64,000 nt of DNA. Origin: Nitrosopumilus sp. GTDB lineage: Archaea > Thermoproteota > Nitrososphaeria > Nitrososphaerales > Nitrosopumilaceae. Location: contig OZ240211.1 of the NCBI GenBank assembly GCA_965197525.1, forward strand, positions 1,856,001-1,920,000, read 5' to 3'. Shown one piece after another: positions 30,655-41,176 of the stretch. Every line of letters begins with the position of its first letter. Position 1 is the first letter of the stretch. The position numbers and the translations under genes are program-made. Below the pieces are notes generated by a model. It had not been told where the DNA came from and made no database searches. It was given only the letters and a program-made list of their open reading frames with translations.

Positions 30655-32154
30655 TCATAAATTCTGAATATAGTCTAAAATCAGTCTGACTCCAAAACCA
30701 GTAGCTCCACTGGGATTGTATGATTTCTGAGTTGTTGCTGACTGTGTCCATGCAACTCCTGCAATATCGACGTGCACCCATGGTGTTTTTTCAACAGCGT
30801 TTCTCAAGAATGCAGCAGCAGTAATGGTTCCTGCCGCTCGTCCCATTCCGAGGTTTTTCATATCTGCAACATCTGATTTTATCATATTTCTGTAATCCTG
30901 AGTTAGAGGGAGTTCCCATACTTGTTCTGTGGTTCTCTTCGATGCCTCTGTAATTTTTTTGGTCAATCTTTCATCATTTGATACAATTGCAGCAATGTCA
31001 TTTCCTAACGCTATGATGCACGCACCAGTTAATGTGGCAAAATCAATTATTGCTTTTGGAGCGTAATGCTTCTCACCGTATGCTAGTGCATCAGCTAGAA
31101 TTAGTCTCCCTTCAGCGTCAGTATTTAGTATCTCAGCTGTCTTTCCACTGTATAATTTTATAATGTCTCCGGGTCTGTATGACTCTCCACTTGGCATGTT
31201 CTCCACTGATGGAACAATTCCTACCATGTTGATGGGCAGTCTCAATTCTGAGACTGCCTTCATTATTCCAAGCACTGTGCATCCCCCGCATTTATCAAAC
31301 TTCATCTCATCCATCTTTTCTCCCGGTTTTAGTGATATTCCACCGGTGTCAAACGTTACTGCCTTGCCTACGACAACTATTGGTTTTGCATCCTTTGGTC
31401 CATGGTTGTGCTCTAGTATTATCAGCTTTGACTCGTTTTTACTCCCTTGCCCTACTGCTGAAATTCCTCCAAAACCCTTCTTCTTTAATTCTGGCTCTGA
31501 GACGATGCGGCACGACATTGACTTGTTTTTTTTGGCGATATTTTTTGCAAAATTAGCTAATGTGCTAGGTGTGCATTGGTTTGGCGGTAAATTGGCAATA
31601 CTTTTTGTAAATATTGCACCGTCTGCAATGATCTCAGCTGCTCTTACTGTCTTCTCTGAAATGTCTTTTTCTTTGGAAGAAGAAGAAGAAGAAGAAGTCA
31701 CAATTGTTAGATCAGGCGACTTTTCAATCTTTTCAGTCTTGAACTCTTCGAATTTGTATAGTGCCATCTTGCAGCCTTGTATAATTTGAGTTACTGCTAA
31801 ATCTTGTTGCGTGACAGTATCTGAAGGCACAACTATGGTAAAATCTTTTAATTTTAACTCTCTTGCTTTTTGTGCAATCTTTCCTGAGACATTCATTATA
31901 GTATCTCTTGTAATGTCTTTCTTTTTTCCTATCCCTGCAAGCAAAATTCTTTTGATGCGTCTTTCTTTAGGTGTAGGGATTATGCTCAGCGTTCCTAGCC
32001 GTCCATTCATATCTTTTAGCGTCTGATCTACTGCAAGAGATGTATCCTTGGAATCCATTCTCACTGACTCTGAAACTTTCTTGGAATTTTCTAGTACGAA
32101 TTCGCACCAAAGGCTTGTTTCTACCTTTACAGAACTGCCTGTTTTAACTTTCAT
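30655..32154 (-). CDS. pepA: Leucyl aminopeptidase (M17)
   Basis: VGKAVTFDTGG, MKFDKCG, NTDAEGRL, DFATLTGA. Confidence 0.95.
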   Translation of the reverse strand: MKVKTGSSVKVETSLWCEFVLENSKKVSESVRMDSKDTSLAVDQTLKDMNGRLGTLSIIPTPKERRIKRILLAGIGKKKDITRDTIMNVSGKIAQKARELKLKDFTIVVPSDTVTQQDLAVTQIIQGCKMALYKFEEFKTEKIEKSPDLTIVTSSSSSSSKEKDISEKTVRAAEIIADGAIFTKSIANLPPNQCTPSTLANFAKNIAKKNKSMSCRIVSEPELKKKGFGGISAVGQGSKNESKLIILEHNHGPKDAKPIVVVGKAVTFDTGGISLKPGEKMDEMKFDKCGGCTVLGIMKAVSELRLPINMVGIVPSVENMPSGESYRPGDIIKLYSGKTAEILNTDAEGRLILADALAYGEKHYAPKAIIDFATLTGACIIALGNDIAAIVSNDERLTKKITEASKRTTEQVWELPLTQDYRNMIKSDVADMKNLGMGRAAGTITAAAFLRNAVEKTPWVHVDIAGVAWTQSATTQKSYNPSGATGFGVRLILDYIQNL

Positions 32155-32160
32155 ACTGAT

Positions 32161-32592
32161 TTAACAATTTTTAGTATTATTTAACTTACTAGCATGCGTA
32201 TATGATATTTTTTTACTGTTTGTAAACAGACTAGCAGATCTTACAAATACCGACGTTACCGTCTTACAATCCTGATTGCACGTGCTGTCTATTCTAACGG
32301 ACTCTGTCTTTTCTCTCTTTTTTGATAACAGTATTGATTTTACTAGTGGATACAATGCCGCTCTTCCTCCACAAGCTCTTTTCTCATCAATAAACCAAAA
32401 CATCTCTAATGCCGATTCGTCTAAAATCTGTTCCCTTATCTCTTCTCCTAATTTTGAGTAATGCCCTATTATTGTAATCTTGTTTTTAGCAAAAAAGTTA
32501 ACAAATCTTGCAAATTTTGTACACAAATAACACTGATTGTCATACAATACAATTGGAACATTATCTTCAATATCCATGATATTGTATCGCAT
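32161..32592 (-). CDS. DCC1-like thiol-disulfide oxidoreductase (DUF393)
   Basis: VLYDNQCYLC (DxxCxxC). Confidence 0.75.
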   Translation of the reverse strand: MRYNIMDIEDNVPIVLYDNQCYLCTKFARFVNFFAKNKITIIGHYSKLGEEIREQILDESALEMFWFIDEKRACGGRAALYPLVKSILLSKKREKTESVRIDSTCNQDCKTVTSVFVRSASLFTNSKKISYTHASKLNNTKNC

Positions 32593-32749
32593 CTATCAAA
32601 TTAAAATTTTTACCACCACAACTTTGCATTACGCTTAGTGTGGTAATCGTCTGATGTGATTAATCACATTCATTCAAAATATGTAATAATACAGTAAAAC
32701 CTTGCAGAAATAGATTTTTATTCAATTTACAAAAATATTGATAGTAGAT

Positions 32750-34417
32750 ATGAGACTTAATTATTGCCAGATTAAACAAAATGTTCTCAAGGCTCGTAAA
32801 CTAGTAATTAAAGGAACCAACGCTGCAGGCTCTGGTCATCCGGGTGGCTCCTTTTCCATGGCAGAGATTCTAGGGTGCCTGTTTTACAAACATCTGAAAT
32901 TTGATCCTAAAAACCCTCTATGGGAGGACAGAGACCGACTGGTACTTTCTAAAGGTCATGCCTCGCCCGGTTTGTTCTCTAATATGGCAGTCGCAGGCTA
33001 TTTTCCGGACTCTGAGATTGATACACTAAGACAGTTTGGTAGCAGACTACAGGGACATCCGGATTTGAAATGTCCAGGAGTAGAATTCTGTGGCGGTTCT
33101 TTGGGGACCGGATTGTCATATTCCATTGGGATTGCACTAGCTGCAAAAATTGACTCCAAAGATTATCATGTGTATACTATTGTAGGAGATGGCGAATGTG
33201 ACGAAGGTCAAATCTGGGAGGCCGCAATGACTGCTGCAAAATACAATGTTGATAATCTCACTGTATTCCTTGATAGGAATTTTATTCAACAAGATTCGTA
33301 CACTGAAAAAGTTATGCCGCTTGACAAAACACTCCAAAGCGATGATCTGTCTGAGATGTGGAATGACTCATCGCGATGGAGAACAGGTGACAAGTGGCGA
33401 TCTTTTGGCTGGAACACCATTGAGATTGATGGGCATAGAATCGAGCAAATTGATGATGCCATTAAAAAAGCAAAAAAACTCAAAGGCTCACCTACCATAA
33501 TAATATCTCGCACGACAAAAGGAAGATCGTTGGAGCATATGGAGAATAATCCTCAATGGCATGGCAAAGCTCCTGATTCTGACGTACTCCCTATGATTAA
33601 CCTGGAGTTGGATTCTCAAATTATGATTGCACCCTCTATTATTGCAGGCGATATGACAAATCTTGAAAACGAGATCAAACGTTGCATACATGGAAAAGCA
33701 GATCTTATTCATCTTGATGTAATGGACGGCCAGTTTGTCTCAACGAAGACTTTTGATCATGCAAAGATCAAACAGCTTCGGAGTCTGACTATTATTCCAT
33801 TTGATACTCATCTGATGATCAACCAACCAGTCAAGCATATCCAAGATTACATTGATGCAGGCAGTGATATTATTACAGTTCATGCCGAAGTTACAGACGA
33901 GTCAAGTTTCGGGGAGATCTGCGACACGCTTAAAGCAAATCAAGTAGGTGTAGGTTTTGCCATTAATCCTGATACTGAATTACCTCAATGGTCTTACAAA
34001 TTTTTATCTTCAATTGACCAGTTAATTGTAATGTCTGTTGTGCCTGGCAAATCAGGTCAAAAATACATTGAAAACACGCATGCAAGGATGAAGAGTCTAT
34101 CGCCTCTTTTACAAAAATATGGTTTTTCGGGACATATTGAGGCTGATGGCGGCGTTAACGCTGAAAATATTGGTTCAATATTTGCCGATGGTGCACGTGC
34201 TTTTGTTGGTGGTGGCGCAATAATTGGGCAGCAAGACATTTTATCTGCGATTAATAGTTTTAAAAGCCAAGTTCTAAGATCCAAACGTCGCAGTCTGCTT
34301 GATACTGCACATGATCTTGGCGGCGCTGATTTAGTTAACAAATGGATTAATTTACACACAGTGGATCAAGATCGACTCACAATCAAAGAGATTGCACAGG
34401 AGGCCAAATACATTTGA
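32750..34417 (+). CDS. Transketolase N-terminal (TPP) subunit fused to ribulose-phosphate 3-epimerase
   Basis: GHPGGS, LSKGHA, GDGECDEG; then IAPSII, HLDVMDG, DTHLMI, ITVHAE, EADGGV. Confidence 0.9.
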   Translation: MRLNYCQIKQNVLKARKLVIKGTNAAGSGHPGGSFSMAEILGCLFYKHLKFDPKNPLWEDRDRLVLSKGHASPGLFSNMAVAGYFPDSEIDTLRQFGSRLQGHPDLKCPGVEFCGGSLGTGLSYSIGIALAAKIDSKDYHVYTIVGDGECDEGQIWEAAMTAAKYNVDNLTVFLDRNFIQQDSYTEKVMPLDKTLQSDDLSEMWNDSSRWRTGDKWRSFGWNTIEIDGHRIEQIDDAIKKAKKLKGSPTIIISRTTKGRSLEHMENNPQWHGKAPDSDVLPMINLELDSQIMIAPSIIAGDMTNLENEIKRCIHGKADLIHLDVMDGQFVSTKTFDHAKIKQLRSLTIIPFDTHLMINQPVKHIQDYIDAGSDIITVHAEVTDESSFGEICDTLKANQVGVGFAINPDTELPQWSYKFLSSIDQLIVMSVVPGKSGQKYIENTHARMKSLSPLLQKYGFSGHIEADGGVNAENIGSIFADGARAFVGGGAIIGQQDILSAINSFKSQVLRSKRRSLLDTAHDLGGADLVNKWINLHTVDQDRLTIKEIAQEAKYI

Positions 34418-35391
34418 ATGAACCTGTCATGACTGATATGCGCTCTGCATACTCTAAATCTTTAATTGAACTTGGTTCAAAGTACTCAAACCTTGTTGTT
34501 TTAGGAGCCGATACTACTAATTCACTTAAAACTTTTGCATTTCAAAAACACTTTCCCCATAGATTCTTTAATGTTGGAATTGCTGAAGCAAATCTTGTAA
34601 CTATCTCATCTGGATTGGCAATATCTGGAAAGATCTCTTTTGCAAGTACCTATGCAATATTTCTGCCGGGTAGAGCAGTTGATCAAATTCGTAATAATAT
34701 TGCATATCCTTCCATTTCTGGTAAAAACGGTCTTAATGTAAAACTAGTCTCATCTCATGGTGGTCTGTCAGTCGGACCTGATGGTGGCTCACATCAGCAA
34801 TTAGAGGATATTGCAATAATGAGAGCAATTCCAAACTTTCGAGTCTTTATTCCTGCTGATACAGTCGCAGTCTCTGCACTGACTCGTTTGATGGCAAGTG
34901 AATATGGGCCATTTTACATGAGAATGGCACGATCTAAAACCCCTCTTATTCATACTGATTCTCAGGATTTTCAGATAGGTCGTGGTATCACACTAAGGGA
35001 CGGTTCTGACTGTACCATTGCTGCTTGCGGCATTACAGTACGAATGGCCTTGGAGGCAGCTGATATGCTATCTCAGAGTGACGGCATATCTTGCAGGGTC
35101 CTAGACATGTTTTCTATAAAGCCAATCGATAACCAAATACTTGCCAAGGCAGCAAAGGAGACTGGATGCATTGTTACAGCAGAAGAACACAACATTATTG
35201 GAGGAATGGGATCAGCAGTTGCAGAATCCGTCTCTGAGTCTTATCCTGTTCCCGTTAAGAGGATTGGCGCTTTAGATATGTTCGGAGAGTCTGCACGAGA
35301 CGATGAGATTCCTCGACTATTGGAGAAGCATGGCATAACATCTTTTAATATGGCACAACAAGTCAAAAACATTAGGAGCAAAAAACTATGA
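34414..35391 (+). CDS. Transketolase C-terminal subunit
   Basis: RFFNVGIAE, VGPDGGSHQ, EEHNIIGG; 4-bp overlap with the upstream gene. Confidence 0.92.
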   Translation: MNEPVMTDMRSAYSKSLIELGSKYSNLVVLGADTTNSLKTFAFQKHFPHRFFNVGIAEANLVTISSGLAISGKISFASTYAIFLPGRAVDQIRNNIAYPSISGKNGLNVKLVSSHGGLSVGPDGGSHQQLEDIAIMRAIPNFRVFIPADTVAVSALTRLMASEYGPFYMRMARSKTPLIHTDSQDFQIGRGITLRDGSDCTIAACGITVRMALEAADMLSQSDGISCRVLDMFSIKPIDNQILAKAAKETGCIVTAEEHNIIGGMGSAVAESVSESYPVPVKRIGALDMFGESARDDEIPRLLEKHGITSFNMAQQVKNIRSKKL

Positions 35392-36056
35392 AGATATTTC
35401 TTGATACTGCGAATCTTGAATCTATAAAACGATTCAACGACATGGGATTACTAGACGGCATTACAACTAATCCTTCCTTGTTATCAAAAGAAGGAGGAAA
35501 CCCAAAAGATGCTATGGCAGAGATTACAAAAATTATCGCAGGTGATGTAAGCTTGGAAGTTGTCAGTACGGATTATTCTGGAATGATGCAAGAAGGTAAG
35601 CGTCTTTGTGAATATGGAAAAAATGTTGTAGTCAAAGTTCCTATGACTGGTGACGGTCTCAAAGCTTGCAAATCTCTTTCATCTCAAGGAATTCCGGTTA
35701 ATGTCACTTTGATCTTTTCTGCAAACCAAGCTTTACTTGCCGCAAAAGCTGGTGCAAAATATGTTAGTCCATTTATTGGAAGATTGGATGATATAGGCCA
35801 AGACGGAATACATCTAATTAAGCAAATTAAAGAGATCTTTTCTCATTATGATTTTAAAACTATGATTCTTGTTGCAAGCGTACGTCATCCGATACATGTA
35901 GTTGATGCTGCAAAGATTGGAGCAGATGTAGTGACATTGCCTCCTACAGTTTTAGACAAGATGTTAAAGCATCCGTTAACTAACATCGGTTTGGAGAATT
36001 TTCTTGCAGATTGGGAAACACTAAAAACTAAAAATAATAGCGATATACAGATTTAA
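35388..36056 (+). CDS. tal: Transaldolase (TalC/FSA family)
   Basis: FLDTA, GITTNPSL, VVKVP, NVTLIFS, SPFIGRLDD. Confidence 0.93.
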   Translation: MKIFLDTANLESIKRFNDMGLLDGITTNPSLLSKEGGNPKDAMAEITKIIAGDVSLEVVSTDYSGMMQEGKRLCEYGKNVVVKVPMTGDGLKACKSLSSQGIPVNVTLIFSANQALLAAKAGAKYVSPFIGRLDDIGQDGIHLIKQIKEIFSHYDFKTMILVASVRHPIHVVDAAKIGADVVTLPPTVLDKMLKHPLTNIGLENFLADWETLKTKNNSDIQI

Positions 36057-36143
36057 CTCTGTTTTTTGCAAGATTATCTGAATCAAACATATACACAAAA
36101 ATTAAAAAATAAAAATAAATAACAAAAATGAAAAAAGCAGTGC

Positions 36144-36419
36144 TTATTTACTTGTACCTTTGTTTCTACTCTTTCTAGAACCAGTTCCTCTACCTGTAAC
36201 TCTGGTCATTCCTTCTGTCGAAGGTCTTGCCTTTGGTTCAGGCATATCTCCTAGTCTTCTCGTTCCAGTTCCTCTACCAGTATGAACCATTCTGTTTGCA
36301 GCAGCTTTCTTTCTTGCAGCTTGGATCTTTTTAAAATCGTCTCCAGACCATTTTTTAGGATCGTCGTCAACTTCAATAGTTCCAGTTCCTCTACCGGTCC
36401 GAATTCTTATTTTAGCCAT
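36144..36419 (-). CDS. Small basic protein with three TGRGTG repeats
   Basis: 91 aa, Arg/Lys-rich; the motif recurs three times. Confidence 0.6.
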   Translation of the reverse strand: MAKIRIRTGRGTGTIEVDDDPKKWSGDDFKKIQAARKKAAANRMVHTGRGTGTRRLGDMPEPKARPSTEGMTRVTGRGTGSRKSRNKGTSK

Positions 36420-36736
36420 ACCATTGATAAAAACAACTCGTATTTATCTAAATCTCATTGTTGTAATTAATCAAAATATCCTCAATTTGGTGATAAATTT
36501 GTCTTACTATCTCTGATTTGAATCGGTGTTATCTTGATTTGTACCCGCACTGTTTCTTTTGTCTATTTACGCTGTTTAATCTTAGAATTTGAGGTGCTGT
36601 AACTTGAATGTATGTAAAAACACCCTCGTCGTAGTACAAACGATGGATCACGGTGATCTCAATGGTATAATGAAAGTATGAACTAGATACTATACAATTG
36701 GGTCAGAATTGTGGCAGGTTACGAAACAAGCTATAC

Positions 36737-36832
36737 ATAACACAAATGTTATATAACACAAATGTTATATAACACAAATGTTATATAACATAAATGTTAT
36801 ATAACGAAATCATTATATAACAAATATGTTAT
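36737..36832. promoter_or_regulatory. Six tandem 16-bp palindromes ATAACA-N4-TGTTAT, 8 bp upstream of the ATPase operon
   Basis: Three exact ATAACACAAATGTTAT plus three variants; junctions create TTATATAA. Confidence 0.8.
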
Positions 36833-36840
36833 AAAAAAAC

Positions 36841-38013
36841 ATGCTTTCATGTATTATTGGCCCACCAGTTTCAGGAAAAGAACATTTTGGAAGAGACAGT
36901 GAATTAGAAGCAATCTGGGAGTCTGTCAAAAACGGAAGTGTTTTGCTAGTTTCCCCAAGAAGATTTGGAAAAACAAGCCTTGCCTTCAATGTACGGGATT
37001 TTCCAAAATCAGGCTATCGTGTATTTTATTTAGATGTTGAATATCTAGATCGTCCAGAAAATTTCATCGTGGAGATAATGGACAAAACAACGAGTCTAAA
37101 AGACACCAAAACCAAATTCATGGAGGGGCTCTCCTCAATTTTAAAAATGATTGAAGAGGTAGGGGTAATGGATGTCAAATTAAAATTACGAGAGTACATA
37201 AAACCGGATTGGGAAAATAAAGGAAACCATATTTTTCAAAAACTGACAGCTGAAAGTGAACTTAAACCTATTTTTATTGTGGATGAGCTGCCTTTGATGA
37301 TACTTAACATGATAGACAACAACGATAATGGAATCCAAATAGCAAAATTATTTCTAAATTGGCTACGACAGCTTAGAATTAGTTATGACATACGATTTAT
37401 TATTTGTGGATCGATAGGACTTGATCAAGTGATAACAGAGTGCAATGCAGTGGATACAATCAATGATCTTAAACGAATTATGGTAAATCCACTACCTGAA
37501 TCCAAATCTAAAGACATGATTAAACAGTTGTTTGAGGGACTGAATATTTCTGTCGATGCAGAAATAATTCAAAAAATTTATGAGCAGGTAGGTGTCGGTG
37601 TACCATTTTTTATTAAAATAATGATACAGGCAGTTGTTAATGAAATGAACGAAAATGAATCCAAATTATCTGTAGATATAATTGAAAAAGCATACAATGA
37701 AAAAGTGCTAGGGGTAGGCGGAAGATGATATTTTGAACATTATTTTACAAGACTGGGTAATTATCATAAAAATGGATTGGGAAAAATAGCAATGTCAATT
37801 TTAGATCATCTTGCAATTCATCAGGTAGTGTCTTTGGAAGAATTAAAACAGTTGTTTTTTCGAATAACTAAATCCAATGATGCCACCAAATTTAAAGCAT
37901 TGGTAAACAGATTAGAAGGTGATTTCTATCTAACTGTGGATACTTCCTCTAGAGACTGTCGTTTTTACACCAAAGTTTTAGGAGACTTGTGGAGGAATAG
38001 GCGAGGACTATAG
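36841..38013 (+). pseudogene. AAA/STAND-like ATPase with C-terminal wHTH, split by one in-frame TGA (37726-37728)
   Basis: SPRRFGKT Walker A, FIVDE Walker B; the same frame continues YFEHYFTRL after the TGA. Confidence 0.8.
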
Positions 38014-38016
38014 ATC

Positions 38017-40359
38017 ATGTTCTACAAATTTACTCCTGATTTAATGTCTAAGGAAGATTTGGAATACATTTCTACTGGAAGGGAGAAGACAGTGGCCAAT
38101 ATCGTCAAAAAGCTTCAAAATTCGATTTCAAGTAATTTAGCTACACATATCTTACTAGTAGGCCAACGAGGAATCGGAAAAACACACACGTTACTACAAA
38201 TATATCACAAATTAAATGAATTCAATAACTTTACAACTATACGGTTATCTGAGGAAGAATATTCTGTAACAAGTGTCGAAGGTTTACTCAAAAGAATTTT
38301 AGAAGAGCTTGACGTTGAATTTGATGAAAATAATGTTGAAGCGACCGCATTAAATGCATTTAATAACCTTAAAAATCAAAAAAAATTTCCAGTAATCTTT
38401 GTCGATAACTTACAAATGTTATTTGAACAAATGGGAGATGAGTTACCAAAGCTAAGATCTATTTTACAAGAACATAATCCCTTTTGCATAGTCGGTTCAG
38501 CCTTGACAGTATTTCATGAAATTTCCTCACATGATGAGCCGTTTTATAATTTTATGGATGTAACATTTTTGAAAGGACTGAGTGTTAAAGTAATGAGAGC
38601 GTTAATTAAAAAAAGATTTGAACGTGGAGGAGAAAAAGAACTGCTTGAAAATTTTGAAAAATACACAAAACGAGTTAATGGGATACGCATTCTTACTGGT
38701 GGAAACCCTCGGTTAACTCATGCTCTTTGTGAGATATTACTTCAAAAACATTCATTGGCAGATTTGGAATCCAATCTTCTTGAATTACTGGATCAACTCA
38801 CTCCATATTATCAAGTTCGAATGGAACAATTGCCTGTATCTCAAAGAAAGATTGTGGATACGCTGTCTCAAGAAAAAGGACCGATATCGCCCACAGAACT
38901 GGCACAAATAACTAAAATGGAAGTAGCAAGTGTGGTCACCCAATTGCGTCGTTTAGAAAATAACGGCATAGTAGAGGCAATAAAATTTAGAGATAAGAAG
39001 AAAACATCATATCAAGTAACTGAAAGACTATATAGAATTTGGAGAGAGATGCGTTCCCCAATTGGTTCAAAAAGGATCAGTTTGTTTATTAATTTCTTAA
39101 AAATTTGGTACACCAGAAAAGAAAAACTTTTTGAATACAGGCAATTCTCAGATAGATTTTTTGACATATCTGCACATTCTGAGGAAGACGCTAAAAAGCG
39201 TCTTGTTTACGCATGCTACCTTTTAGCTACTATGCCTGATATGAAAATTCTTGATTTGGAAAACACAGTGCAAAGATTTATCTTCTTAGGAGATTTTGAT
39301 TCTGCACTCCTTGAAGTAACAAATATGGAAAAATTTAACAAACAAATGCCTGATAAGATAGTTTCTTTGGCAGCTGAACTATCAATAGCTTATGCCAGGT
39401 ATTTTCTATCTGAGGCATCTGAAAAATATGGACATCTAAGCGATGCTGTAAAGAAAAGAGATCTGATTGAAAGCAAGTTAATGAGAATCACTAAAAAGTA
39501 TCAAAACAAACCAGATTCTAAGGAACAAAAATGGCTTCATCAAATGTATCACAAACTAACATCATACTATCTACAAAAAAATGAACTAGACAAGGCTGAA
39601 AAATATATTAATTTATCTATGGCCGTAATTAACTATTCTTGTCCTTCATCTATGATAGAAAAATCTAGAATGACGATCCGCAGAAAGGATTTCAAAAAAG
39701 CTCTAAAAATATTATCAGAGATTCCGAAAGACAAAGTTGGAAGGGACGTGAATATTTTACGGCTTGGATGCTTAGGGGAGATCAACAAAGTCCAAGATGC
39801 TGAAAAAACAGCCATTGATTTGATAAATAGCGGTTTTGAAGATTTCTTTAGAATTCTTGATGCAGTAGGAGGCGCAAACGATCTCGGGTTATTATCAAAA
39901 GTAGTTGATACCACGTTTGATAATTTGTCAAATTTGGATGAAGAGTCACAAAAAAAACTTGTGCCAGAAATTGCTAGAGATATTACTCATTACGCAGCTC
40001 ATACAATGGCAGAAAACAAAAATAAATTTACGGAAATGTTGTTTGATTCATTAGAAACACTTGCACGAAGATATACAATCGATGCATATTTCATATCATT
40101 ATTACCTGTTACAGAACTGGTTAAAGATGATAAATTGGAAAAAGCTATTTTGTTTATGGATAAAATCCTAAAAATAGATTCTTTTTCTGAAGAATCTGTG
40201 TTGCCGATCAATCTTGCATTAAATTATATTAAAACAGAAAATTCAGATATCTTAGAAAAAGTTCACAAGGAATATAGAGATTTAATTACAAATATGATTT
40301 TAGCGTTCTCCCCCACCACCAAGATTCCCCAGCAAATTATAGATTCACTGCAACAATAA
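38017..40359 (+). CDS. STAND-like ATPase with MarR-like wHTH and a helical (TPR-like) C-terminus
   Basis: GQRGIGKT, IFVDN, TGGNPR, ISPTELAQ...QLRRLE. Confidence 0.8.
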   Translation: MFYKFTPDLMSKEDLEYISTGREKTVANIVKKLQNSISSNLATHILLVGQRGIGKTHTLLQIYHKLNEFNNFTTIRLSEEEYSVTSVEGLLKRILEELDVEFDENNVEATALNAFNNLKNQKKFPVIFVDNLQMLFEQMGDELPKLRSILQEHNPFCIVGSALTVFHEISSHDEPFYNFMDVTFLKGLSVKVMRALIKKRFERGGEKELLENFEKYTKRVNGIRILTGGNPRLTHALCEILLQKHSLADLESNLLELLDQLTPYYQVRMEQLPVSQRKIVDTLSQEKGPISPTELAQITKMEVASVVTQLRRLENNGIVEAIKFRDKKKTSYQVTERLYRIWREMRSPIGSKRISLFINFLKIWYTRKEKLFEYRQFSDRFFDISAHSEEDAKKRLVYACYLLATMPDMKILDLENTVQRFIFLGDFDSALLEVTNMEKFNKQMPDKIVSLAAELSIAYARYFLSEASEKYGHLSDAVKKRDLIESKLMRITKKYQNKPDSKEQKWLHQMYHKLTSYYLQKNELDKAEKYINLSMAVINYSCPSSMIEKSRMTIRRKDFKKALKILSEIPKDKVGRDVNILRLGCLGEINKVQDAEKTAIDLINSGFEDFFRILDAVGGANDLGLLSKVVDTTFDNLSNLDEESQKKLVPEIARDITHYAAHTMAENKNKFTEMLFDSLETLARRYTIDAYFISLLPVTELVKDDKLEKAILFMDKILKIDSFSEESVLPINLALNYIKTENSDILEKVHKEYRDLITNMILAFSPTTKIPQQIIDSLQQ

Positions 40360-40736
40360 AGATTTAGTATAACCGCTGGGTAATTTTTGTGATCTGATCG
40401 TACGTCAATGCCTATGATATGTCCAGAGTGTAAAAACAAGTTGTGGAATGAGAGGAAAAGATGAGAGCCAAGAAACAATCTAACCCAATTGGGAGTGGGT
40501 GTGTGCGTGTCAATACTAATTCAACCAAATAGAAGAAATTCTACTATGGCGATAATTTAGACATGTCAACAAAACAAACCTAAGATTCATACCAATAATT
40601 CGGGGTTTTTGACTTTCTTGGCTTGTTGCACAACATGCTCAAACCGTAAGAAATCAGTGAATTTATGCCTAAAATCAGAGTTATGTAGCAAACATGTTTA
40701 TCTTTTTGTCATTTTACACGTCTTATCCAACGCGTT

Positions 40737-41066
40737 TTATTTTAACTCGTTCTCCAAACGATTAACTATCTCTAAAAACCTCTCCTTGCTCTTTTGTAGC
40801 AATACTTGAGGATACTCTTTAATTGTAAATACTAGTTGTTGTCCAAAGCTTGGAGGTATGACACCACCTGAGGTCACTGTCTGCTCAATTACATGATCTT
40901 TGGTTAATGTACATATTATCTCCTCATACGAATCGTCTTCTTCTTCTAATACTATTCTGTAAAGTACTATGGGTCTGTCAGTCTTTGCAATAATCTTTGA
41001 CCCCTTCTCTAGTAACACCTCTAGTTGTTTTACCTGCCATGTATCAAGACTGATCTGTTTTACCAT
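40737..41066 (-). CDS. Hypothetical protein (109 aa)
   Basis: Clean ORF with typical composition. Confidence 0.65.
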   Translation of the reverse strand: MVKQISLDTWQVKQLEVLLEKGSKIIAKTDRPIVLYRIVLEEEDDSYEEIICTLTKDHVIEQTVTSGGVIPPSFGQQLVFTIKEYPQVLLQKSKERFLEIVNRLENELK

Positions 41067-41176
41067 ACAATGTATGACATCTATTTCTATTTAACCATGG
41101 CATAATCAATTATTTTGCATCAAAATCATGAATTGTGACAAGAATATAATATAAAGAAAATGTGATTTGGTATCTA

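Noticed and set aside
36737-36832. CRISPR array
   Set aside because: Contiguous 16-bp units with no spacers, and no cas genes in the window.
37726-37728. Selenocysteine recoding of the TGA
   Set aside because: Not a Cys-type position, no SECIS-like hairpin recognised, and no Sec machinery in the window.
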